Shown: one piece after another, positions 1 through 5,961 of the stretch | Numbering within the stretch: the stretch's first letter is position 1 | Layout: every line of letters starts with the position of its first letter | Source: a virus | Lineage: Duplodnaviria; Heunggongvirae; Uroviricota; Caudoviricetes | Virus record (IMG/VR): IMGVR_UViG_2778261354_000005 | Length of the DNA: 7,640 nucleotides | Direction: 5' to 3' (one strand) | Made by a program: the position numbers and the translations under genes | The notes under the pieces: generated by a model | The model's database searches: none | Told to the model about the DNA's origin: nothing | Seen by the model: only the letters and a program-made list of their open reading frames with translations

Positions 1-163
1 CTCGTTAGCCCATGAATAACAATCAGAAAGTACCATAACAGACCCGAAGAAAATGAAATATAAGAGAAGATCAACGGGTGAGGAAAAAGTTCAAAAAATC
101 GCTGCCGGGGAGGAAGGAAACTACCGGATGGAAAGAGTCCCCCTAAAGCAGACTGACAGACAT

Positions 164-189
164 CACAAATCCCCGGGTGGGGATTTGTG
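164..189. repeat. Perfect inverted repeat / stem-loop: cacaaatcccc (164-174), loop gggt, ggggatttgtg (179-189)
   Basis: Seen directly: 11-bp perfect inverted repeat with a 4-nt spacer. No T-tract follows on either strand, so it is not a canonical intrinsic terminator. It lies about 110 bp past the stop of the minus-strand KilA-N gene. Confidence 0.5.
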
Positions 190-296
190 TATAAGAGACA
201 GGCATAAACAGGGGCATCAGCTCTGAACCGGGTCTGAACAATACGATCCCCATACGCGGGGCAATTTCAGGGGTCAGTAGTGCTCTCACGGTCACC

Positions 297-1112
297 TCAA
301 TGAACGGTATCGAGCAGCTTTAACAGCTCAGGGAATCGGGATTCGAAGAAATGCGGCTGCGTCTCGCGCGGATTTGCGGGACTGGTGATGTTCTTGCCGA
401 ACATGCAGCCTTTCGCTGTCAGCGACCAGAATTTTTTGATGTTGTTAATCGCGGTACGGCTGTATCGTTCGCGTTGTTCAACGATCCCCAGCTTCGCCAT
501 CTGGTGATATGCCTGATTAGCCGTCAGGCGGATACCATACTGCTTCAGCAGTGCACTCAGCGACAGCGTAGGGCGGCTTGAACCATCTGGCGCATCAGCA
601 GGTGCATCAATGGCATAGATCGGCATAAGTTCAGGAAGACCAGCTACCTTTGATAATTTCTGGTATGCACCAAGTTTCGAGGAGTTTGACAGATTTAGAG
701 TCTTTGCTGCTGATTCAAGCAGAATGACCCCGGATTTAATTTTGTCGGATGTGGTTTCTTCTGGTGATGAATTATGAAGCGCATCAAAAGTACGTATCAC
801 TTTTAAGCTGAATGCCGGGCTGATCCACATTGCATATGCATAGACCAGCTCTTTACAGACATACGTCCCACCATTGCGCCCCTGAATGGTGATGACAGGA
901 ATACTACGGGAATCTCCCGTAGTTTCTTCTTCCAATAATTCCACAAGAGCCTTCGTTTCAGGACGACGCATAAACTCGTGAACTTCCAGCGAACGGGAGG
1001 AGCGATTCTCACCAGCGGCAAGAAGAGCAGCTTTCTGAAGGTCGTTAAGACAGTAGTTAGATTCGAAGTACTGGCGCACAGAAACGCCATCAATTACAAG
1101 CAACTGATTCAT
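297..1112 (-). CDS. KilA-N / KilAC(ANT)-domain antirepressor-like protein (Roi/Ant-like)
   Basis: ORF 297..1124 in the track. The N-terminal half has the KilA-N-type signature (…GGTYVCKELVYAYAMWISPAFSLKV…) and the C-terminal half resembles the KilAC/ANT domain of phage antirepressors. Start placed at ATG 1110-1112 (MNQLLVIDG…), which has GGAG 6 nt upstream; the track's 1124 start is a GTG four codons earlier. Stop TGA at 297-299. Confidence 0.75.
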   Translation of the reverse strand: MNQLLVIDGVSVRQYFESNYCLNDLQKAALLAAGENRSSRSLEVHEFMRRPETKALVELLEEETTGDSRSIPVITIQGRNGGTYVCKELVYAYAMWISPAFSLKVIRTFDALHNSSPEETTSDKIKSGVILLESAAKTLNLSNSSKLGAYQKLSKVAGLPELMPIYAIDAPADAPDGSSRPTLSLSALLKQYGIRLTANQAYHQMAKLGIVEQRERYSRTAINNIKKFWSLTAKGCMFGKNITSPANPRETQPHFFESRFPELLKLLDTVH

Positions 1113-1211
1113 TGGTTTCTCCACAAATTTTTATCCACGAGCGGGACTGCACTCCCTTTTCGTTGATGCAGGATGAACTTACTGCGATTTTTAATAGTTA
1201 TCAAGGATACA

Positions 1212-1227
1212 CTGTTCATAAATACAG
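1212..1227. promoter_or_regulatory. LexA (SOS) box-like motif CTGT-N8-ACAG upstream of the KilA-N gene
   Basis: Seen: caCTGTtcataaatACAGta at 1210-1229. It matches the E. coli LexA box consensus taCTGT(at)4ACAGta at 16 of 20 positions, with both CTGT/ACAG arms intact and an AT-rich spacer. It lies about 100 bp upstream of the KilA-N start, just downstream of a candidate promoter. Confidence 0.5.
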
Positions 1228-1240
1228 TATCTTTAACGAG

Positions 1241-1269
1241 GTAATACCCAAATTTAGGGTGTTGCTCAA
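1241..1269 (-). promoter_or_regulatory. Candidate sigma70 promoter for the KilA-N gene
   Basis: On the minus strand: -35 TTGAGC (plus 1264-1269), 17-bp spacer, -10 TATTAC (plus 1241-1246). Each hexamer matches consensus at 4 of 6. Prediction by eye only. Confidence 0.3.
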
Positions 1270-1274
1270 TTCCG

Positions 1275-1670
1275 TTACCGAGTTGCTAATTTGCAACTCG
1301 CTTTTTCGTACTTACTGATAGTGATCTCGACCTTCCCCTCCGGGATAACCGGTCCCCACTCCACCAGCATTCTTTTCACCTGTCTGTCGTCTTCCCACAC
1401 ACCCGCGTGGGTCAGGGCGTCAAACAGCGCCTTGTTATAGTTGTCCAGATCGCGGATCCGGTTATCCGGAGGAAACAACACGATCTCCACTGAAGCAGGT
1501 GCCGACGTTGGTTTCGGCAGACGACGTAACTGCTCAACTATTGCTGCACACGCCGCGCTCTGGAATTTTCGCCCCGCCGCGCTTATCAGGCTCTTACCAG
1601 CAAACGCCCCTTTGTTGGGGTGTCGCCAGTACGTGTTCACGCTGGGCGGAAAAGGCAGTATTAGCTTCAT
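1275..1670 (-). CDS. rusA: RusA-family Holliday junction resolvase
   Basis: 131 aa. N-terminal LPFPPSVNTYWR and the acidic catalytic motifs RDLDNYNKALFDALTHAGVWEDDRQV are typical of RusA. The ATG at 1668-1670 overlaps the upstream gene's stop (ATGA). Stop TAA at 1275-1277. Confidence 0.85.
   Translation of the reverse strand: MKLILPFPPSVNTYWRHPNKGAFAGKSLISAAGRKFQSAACAAIVEQLRRLPKPTSAPASVEIVLFPPDNRIRDLDNYNKALFDALTHAGVWEDDRQVKRMLVEWGPVIPEGKVEITISKYEKASCKLATR
1279..1306 (+). terminator. Plus-strand-oriented intrinsic terminator-like hairpin inside the 3' end of rusA
   Basis: Seen: 8-bp perfect stem cgagttgc (1279-1286) / gcaactcg (1293-1300), loop taattt, then c + TTTTT (1302-1306) on the plus strand. 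On the minus strand the hairpin is followed by GTAACGGAATTG, with no U-tract, so it is oriented to stop plus-strand transcription. Confidence 0.4.
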
Positions 1671-1993
1671 ACTTTCAGGCCCCTCTCATGTAACCAGTGG
1701 GCTGCACGCAGCCTGGCGTTTGCCTCACCGGCAAGCAGGGCGCGGATAATCCCGACCGCCTCGCTGTCGTCGTCCTTCACCGCGGTATGAAGAGTGATAC
1801 CCCGGGCCACGCCACGCTTTATCGTGATGACACCTTTTTTCTCCAGTGCGCGAAGATGCTCCACCGCTGCATTCACCGAACGGTATCCCAGCATGGTTGC
1901 CACCTCCTGATTGGTTGGCGGGAAGCCACGTTCTTTCTGATAAGAAATCAGCATATCCAGCACCTGCTGCTGGCATTGAGTTAATGTCGTCAT
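1667..1993 (-). CDS. LexA N-terminal DNA-binding-domain protein lacking the S24 autocleavage domain
   Basis: 108 aa. It aligns by eye to the E. coli LexA winged-HTH domain, including the recognition-helix region RSVNAAVEHLRALEKKGVI (LexA: RSPNAAEEHLKALARKGVI). There is no Ala-Gly cleavage site or Ser/Lys catalytic domain after it. ATGA overlaps at both ends (1990-1993 and 1667-1670). Confidence 0.75.
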   Translation of the reverse strand: MTTLTQCQQQVLDMLISYQKERGFPPTNQEVATMLGYRSVNAAVEHLRALEKKGVITIKRGVARGITLHTAVKDDDSEAVGIIRALLAGEANARLRAAHWLHERGLKV

Positions 1994-2643
1994 GCCGCCA
2001 TCTCCCTGACCAGTTTTTCCGCCTGCTGGCGAACCTGCGCCAGAAACGCCTCACCACATGCCTCAAGTTCATCGCGCCCGATGTAGCTGATTGCCGCTCC
2101 CTTCCAGGTCTTGTCGAAAACAGCAATAGCACCAGCGAAGAAAGCACCTGTTGGCACCTGCTTTTCGTCTTTCGGGATAAACCAGGCTGGCAGTTCAAAA
2201 CCAATACGCCCGCGAATAAAAGCAATATGATCTGCATCTTCCGGCCACCACACTTCGCTGGTGGCCGCTTTGATCAGGAAAACATAGCGCCCGCCCTTAT
2301 CACGCATGGCACTGGCATGTTTCATGATGTAACGCATGCCGGTGATGTATTGCCCCTCATGCTGACTGGCGCGGCTGTATGGGGGATTACCAAAGGCAGC
2401 ACCTTTAAGCTCCGCAAGACGTTCTGACCAGTCATGCGCCAGCGCGTTGTCTTCCGCCGTGTAATACGCGGCACATTTGGCGTTATCACCGTCAGTGAAC
2501 AGATCCAGAACAAACGGACCAAACAAGGTGTTAATTCCCCAGAAAATGTTGTCCGGCGTGCGCCACTGATCGCCCACTTCCTTCAGTTCATGGGCTGGTT
2601 TGTTCCGCAGTTCTACCAGCGCCTGGCAATATTTATTACTCAT
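1990..2643 (-). CDS. Phage-type orphan DNA N6-adenine methyltransferase (Dam family)
   Basis: Has the phage Dam-family N-terminal motif QWRTPDNIFWGINTLFGPFVLDLFTDGDNAKCAAYYT and the catalytic GNPPYS motif. Start placed at ATG 2641-2643 (MSNKYCQ…), which has GGGGG upstream; the track's 2688 start is a GTG that would overlap the micro-ORF. No adjacent restriction endonuclease gene. Confidence 0.8.
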   Translation of the reverse strand: MSNKYCQALVELRNKPAHELKEVGDQWRTPDNIFWGINTLFGPFVLDLFTDGDNAKCAAYYTAEDNALAHDWSERLAELKGAAFGNPPYSRASQHEGQYITGMRYIMKHASAMRDKGGRYVFLIKAATSEVWWPEDADHIAFIRGRIGFELPAWFIPKDEKQVPTGAFFAGAIAVFDKTWKGAAISYIGRDELEACGEAFLAQVRQQAEKLVREMAA

Positions 2644-2735
2644 TAAGCCCCCACGTAAAAAGCATCCGCAATGTCTCCGGAAGTACACCCCGGATGGGCT
2701 TCAATGAATTTCTGAACTTCATTCAAAAGACTCAT
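2643..2735 (-). CDS. Candidate 30-aa micro-ORF (MSLLNEVQKFIEAHPGCTSGDIADAFYVGA)
   Basis: Hand-translated; it is below the track's size cut-off. ATG at 2733-2735 is preceded by GGGGGTGATC. It starts 2 nt after the TGA of the replication gene, and its TAA overlaps the Dam ATG (TAATG). Confidence 0.35.
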   Translation of the reverse strand: MSLLNEVQKFIEAHPGCTSGDIADAFYVGA

Positions 2736-2737
2736 GA

Positions 2738-3733
2738 TCACCCCCTGAATCCTTCCGGGATCTGGCTGTAGTCCACGTTGTCGTAACTGGCTTTGAAGTA
2801 CGGGTCCTCGCGTCTGGCTGCAGATACCGCAGGAACTTCCCAGGATTCTTCGAAATGACGATCCGGACCAAAGAACGTCGACGCCTGCTTCACGAACTGG
2901 GTACCGGTATTTCCAGAGACACGCACCCAGGCGGCATAGCGTTTCACACCGTCGAGCATGGTTTCGGGTGTCACACCTTCCCTGATTCGGGCTTTCCAGG
3001 CTTTAAAAGCGGCGGATTTTGAATTACCACCAGCACGTTTGGGATATTCCTGCCAGGCCTGTTCAAATTCCGGTGAATATTCCTGTCTGGCAGAACGCGC
3101 TGGTGCAGACGCGTCAGCGGATGCGCCAATAGTGTTTTTAGTCTCCGTTGTAATCTCTGTAGTAATCTCTGTAGTAATCTCTGTATTTGTATCAACATTC
3201 GGCGTATCCCCTGTTCCGTTATGACGTCGGGGGGTGTTCCGTTTTAACGTAATAGCTGTATCGCTGATTGCATTATTGCTGTTACTTTCTGGCGAAACAG
3301 AAGAAGGTGTGGTGATGGCCGCAATTGCCTGTGGGTTGATCCCGACAAACAAAATATTGCTGCATTTCACCCCATCGAGCATTTCCACCGTGCGTAAATC
3401 CAGAGTAATAAACCCTGCATCGCGCAGACGCTTCAGCGCATCTGCGGTTTCCCTTTTCCCGAAACCAAACTGCTCAGCAAACGCCTGGTAGCTTCTTTGC
3501 AGTTTGTCGCCCTGAAAACGCTTGCGATATCCCAGCAACGCTCCGGTGTGCTCATCCCTGACCTCTGTCGGGCGGTACCAGTAAACGATCTCTGAAAGCA
3601 GAGCGATAGCCGTCGCATCCGGACGCCCACTGGGTAGTCTAATATATTTCCACCAGGTCGCAGGTGTAACATTGCCGGAAATATTAATTTGACCAATAGC
3701 CATAACTTCCGGTGTGGGGGCGTAACGGCTCAT
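2738..3733 (-). CDS. Putative phage replication initiation protein (O-like / replisome organizer)
   Basis: 331 aa. Assigned by position (after the immunity module, before the nin-like genes) and domain layout: an N-terminal putative DNA-binding region, a low-complexity linker containing the TEIT repeat, and a C-terminal domain. ATG at 3733 is preceded by AAGGAGGT. The exact family is not identified. Confidence 0.55.
   Translation of the reverse strand: MSRYAPTPEVMAIGQINISGNVTPATWWKYIRLPSGRPDATAIALLSEIVYWYRPTEVRDEHTGALLGYRKRFQGDKLQRSYQAFAEQFGFGKRETADALKRLRDAGFITLDLRTVEMLDGVKCSNILFVGINPQAIAAITTPSSVSPESNSNNAISDTAITLKRNTPRRHNGTGDTPNVDTNTEITTEITTEITTETKNTIGASADASAPARSARQEYSPEFEQAWQEYPKRAGGNSKSAAFKAWKARIREGVTPETMLDGVKRYAAWVRVSGNTGTQFVKQASTFFGPDRHFEESWEVPAVSAARREDPYFKASYDNVDYSQIPEGFRG
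3139..3186. repeat. Tandem 12-bp direct repeats (taatctctgtag x3 plus a degenerate fourth copy) inside the replication gene; candidate iterons
   Basis: Seen: 3151-3162, 3163-3174 and 3175-3186 are identical or 11/12, with a degenerate copy at 3139-3150. They encode TEITTEITTEIT in the linker. A 9-mer tgttccgtt also recurs at 3212-3220 and 3235-3243. Confidence 0.6.
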
Positions 3734-4029
3734 ACAACCTCCTTCCGCAGCATGAGAATTGTGTAGCCACGCGCAGGTTGTAGTCTGGCTTTTGCATCAA
3801 TAGTAAGCGTTGCAATTTTTCGGATATGAAGATAACCAGCTCTTTCCAGTGCCAGGGTTTCCCTGAATATCGCTTGCTTAGAACAACAGCAGAAATCAGC
3901 AAGCACCTGATGATCAATAACTCTCTCGCCTTCACCGTCTGAAGAACCCGACATCAAAACACGCAACATAATCAGGCGCTGAATCGGGTTATCGAAAGCA
4001 CATCCGCACACAAACTGAAAACAGTTCAC
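3730..4029 (-). CDS. Hypothetical protein, 99 aa (possible DNA-binding)
   Basis: GTG start at 4027-4029 is preceded by GGGAGGTG. It is stop/start coupled on both sides (GTGA at 4026-4029; ATGA at 3730-3733). No family recognised. Confidence 0.55.
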   Translation of the reverse strand: MNCFQFVCGCAFDNPIQRLIMLRVLMSGSSDGEGERVIDHQVLADFCCCSKQAIFRETLALERAGYLHIRKIATLTIDAKARLQPARGYTILMLRKEVV

Positions 4030-4250
4030 GCCACACCTCCCAGACGCTTAAACATTTTTCCGGAGCAAAAGGCTATAAGCGGCATACTGACGCGGTAATT
4101 ACGGCCCAGCGGTTCACAAACCACCTTCTGACATTCACGGTCAACCAGGCTAACACGTAGAACATGCCCAGCAGGCGTGGTGTACCACTGACCCGGACGA
4201 GGACAACGGAAAGTATGATTGGTAAACCGTTTGAAAATATTCCGGATCAT
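4026..4250 (-). CDS. Hypothetical small protein, 74 aa, 4 Cys
   Basis: ATG at 4248-4250 is preceded by AAGGGGG. ATGA overlap with the upstream ORF stop. No family recognised. Confidence 0.5.
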   Translation of the reverse strand: MIRNIFKRFTNHTFRCPRPGQWYTTPAGHVLRVSLVDRECQKVVCEPLGRNYRVSMPLIAFCSGKMFKRLGGVA

Positions 4251-5407
4251 TTGCGCCCCCTTACCTCTGAAGGGTTCAGCGACAAATTTATGAGACAGGC
4301 CAGCGCCGAAGCATCATTAATATAGTCATATAAGCTAACAGCCAGCGGAGATTCGGCTTTTGCCAACATAGGATAAAGCTGCTGCAGCCAGACCTGATGA
4401 ATTGATGAAATGTAGGAACAGAGAACGCTGGCGTTATGTGCAACGTCGCTCGGTACAGCGGGCTTTGAAAGCTGTTTCTCCATCTGGTTAAAGGCATTTA
4501 TGTATGCCTCTTTGAACCGGGCAGCACGTTTACCCGTGAAACCCATAGCAAGAAACGCAAAACCGTCTCGTGTGATTTGATAGCAAGGGAGCTTGCGTGT
4601 ACCACCGTTCGGTTGATTTACCGAAATCGATGTCTCCGCAAAATTGCGGGCACAAAACTCTGGGGAACAATCCAGAGTGCGGATCTTTTTCAGCACATCG
4701 TCGTGACGCTTGGAGAAGAAGTTGGCAACAGCCAAAGAAGTGGTAACGGCCTGGCCGTTGTCAATGGTGATTTCAGGTTGAGTGAGGGCTGGGATCGTAG
4801 CCATGATGGCAGCCTCCGTTGACAGTGAAAAACTTCCACCACCGGAAACGCCAATTTCACTGGTGGTGAACTGGACGGGGTTGGCGTAACCGGCGTCAAC
4901 GGAGACCGGCGCACCTTTCGGTGCCCCCGCCCAGCCCACCATAATCTGGATGTGAGCAAATGCGGACGATAAAAAAGACGCTGGCGCGTCATACATCGCC
5001 GTTGACAATTTCAGGACGCCAATCCCGGCACCCGCTTTATAAGGTGCCTGAGCAGTGTAACGTCCCGGAATTGCAGAATCAATATGCTGGTGGTCCTTCA
5101 CACTCAACAAAATCACGCCTGAATTTCCACAAAGGACTAAAGCACTCATGCGGGTAGTCTTTGCGAAGATAGATAACGCGCTGTGTTTCTGGCTCCCAAC
5201 GAATAACATGGACATAAAGCCCTCTTCCGTCACGAAACCAGCGGTTAAGTTCCTGCACAACTCGCCCCCCACAGTCAGGTAAAGTTCTCTGTGGTTACTT
5301 ACAGCCAGGTGATTTGGTAATCTGCATTCATGCCGTAACAACAGGTGTTCAGCGACGCTGACCACCAGCTGTTGCGACAAACGGTTATTTGCCGTTAAAC
5401 TATTCAT
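4247..5407 (-). CDS. Rha-family phage regulatory protein; Rha domain in the C-terminal 185 aa, with an in-frame 201-codon N-terminal extension of unknown function
   Basis: Residues about 212-310 match the Rha pattern (VTTSLAVANFFSKRHDDVLKKIR…YQITRDGFAFLAMGFTGKRAARFKEAYINAFNQME). An internal ATG at 4802-4804 (MATIPALTQPEITIDNGQAVTTS…) has GGAGG 8 nt upstream and would give a canonical 185-aa Rha. The frame nevertheless stays open for 201 codons upstream, to an ATG at 5407 that overlaps the CII-like stop (ATGA). Confidence 0.6.
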   Translation of the reverse strand: MNSLTANNRLSQQLVVSVAEHLLLRHECRLPNHLAVSNHRELYLTVGGELCRNLTAGFVTEEGFMSMLFVGSQKHSALSIFAKTTRMSALVLCGNSGVILLSVKDHQHIDSAIPGRYTAQAPYKAGAGIGVLKLSTAMYDAPASFLSSAFAHIQIMVGWAGAPKGAPVSVDAGYANPVQFTTSEIGVSGGGSFSLSTEAAIMATIPALTQPEITIDNGQAVTTSLAVANFFSKRHDDVLKKIRTLDCSPEFCARNFAETSISVNQPNGGTRKLPCYQITRDGFAFLAMGFTGKRAARFKEAYINAFNQMEKQLSKPAVPSDVAHNASVLCSYISSIHQVWLQQLYPMLAKAESPLAVSLYDYINDASALACLINLSLNPSEVRGRK

Positions 5408-5961
5408 GCGTTAGTTTCTCCACAACCAGAAGCAATCGACGCCACGACGCCCGGAGCTGCACACTCGCGGGCGTTACTATTTTCTGGAGCGCAGAAGATT
5501 TTGTAGACCAGTGCTGCATGCTCCTGGAGCTTCGAAATTGAAAGATACAGTTCGTCGTTAATTGCTGTCTTCTCATGCGGTTCCACTACACCGTCTTCGA
5601 TTGCTGAACGAATCTGTTTTGAATAACTGCCGATCTGTTCAATGACTTCCAGTAAACGCTGGTTAATATCGGCATTGTCCACATCCTCGACGTCAGGAAG
5701 AGACACAAAGACGCCATTTGCAGACTGCGCCACAGCGTCAGCAATGAAGTGAGTGCCACCAGCACGTTGTAAAATCATTGCCCATCCCAGCGGGAAAATC
5801 TGATCGCCATCGGCACGAAGGCGGTTAAATAATGCGTTCTCTGTTACATCCAGCCACTCAGCAGCTTCAGCGTAACCCTCCGGCAACGCCGCGATAGTTT
5901 TTCTGACAGCTTTCACGTACCACTCAGGCTGTTTTTCCACTTTCCAGTTATGATTACCCAC
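5404..5961 (-). CDS. CII-like early regulatory protein (tentatively the larger phage-186 CII type)
   Basis: 185 aa. GTG start at 5959-5961 has AGGAGG 6 nt upstream and overlaps the cro-like 3' end by 8 nt. The call rests mainly on position directly after cro; family membership is not verified. Confidence 0.5.
   Translation of the reverse strand: MGNHNWKVEKQPEWYVKAVRKTIAALPEGYAEAAEWLDVTENALFNRLRADGDQIFPLGWAMILQRAGGTHFIADAVAQSANGVFVSLPDVEDVDNADINQRLLEVIEQIGSYSKQIRSAIEDGVVEPHEKTAINDELYLSISKLQEHAALVYKIFCAPENSNARECAAPGVVASIASGCGETNA

Noticed and set aside
53-229. Hand-found 58-codon plus-strand ORF (MKYKRRSTGEEK…) spanning the 164-189 hairpin
   Set aside because: Weak SD, highly charged low-complexity product, and it contains the perfect palindrome. 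Insufficient support to call a gene.
1131-1139. DnaA-box-like TTATCCACG just upstream of the KilA-N start
   Set aside because: A single 8 of 9 match with no clustered boxes or AT-rich unwinding element nearby; expected by chance at this length.
351-1318. Track ORFs 351..581(+), 803..1093(-), 978..1166(+), 1112..1318(+)
   Set aside because: They lie wholly inside, or antisense to, the well-supported KilA-N gene or the promoter/terminator region. They have no SD and improbable composition, and 1112..1318 is interrupted by the terminator hairpin. Treated as shadow ORFs.
2257-2264. Chi site GCTGGTGG inside the dam gene
   Set aside because: One octamer in 7.6 kb is about the background frequency for enterobacterial DNA, so no special significance can be assigned.
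1441-2646. Track ORFs 1441..1749(+), 1499..1693(+), 1697..1984(+), 1725..2237(-), 1846..2427(+), 2322..2522(-), 2434..2646(+)
   Set aside because: Alternative-frame or antisense overlaps of rusA, the LexA-like gene and dam, whose products have clear family motifs. The overlapping frames are Arg/Pro/Trp-rich nonsense.
1990-2688. Longer Dam start at GTG 2686-2688 and longer KilA-N start at GTG 1122-1124, as given by the ORF track
   Set aside because: In both cases a downstream ATG has a better-placed Shine-Dalgarno, and for dam the longer form would overlap the micro-ORF. The ATG starts were preferred; the GTG alternatives are not excluded.
3139-3186. Tandem repeats as a possible CRISPR array or VNTR
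   Set aside because: The units are 12 bp, directly adjacent with no spacers, and in frame within a gene. That is incompatible with CRISPR; they are kept as candidate iterons or a linker repeat.
2958-3935. Track ORFs 2958..3224(+), 2971..3198(-), 3234..3491(+), 3433..3696(-), 3684..3935(-)
   Set aside because: They overlap the replication gene or the 99-aa gene in other frames. Several simply read through the 12-bp tandem repeats, giving low-complexity peptides.
4288-5157. Track ORFs 4288..4497(-), 4577..4822(+), 4690..4992(-), 4960..5157(+)
   Set aside because: Internal or antisense to the 386-codon Rha ORF, with no ribosome-binding sites and Pro/Ser/Arg-rich products.
1115-5424. Identical 12-mer gtttctccacaa upstream of both the KilA-N start (1115-1126) and the 386-codon ORF start (5413-5424)
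   Set aside because: Both contain the SD complement. A single shared 12-mer in a 7.6-kb window is within chance expectation once both strands are counted, so it is not called a regulatory repeat.
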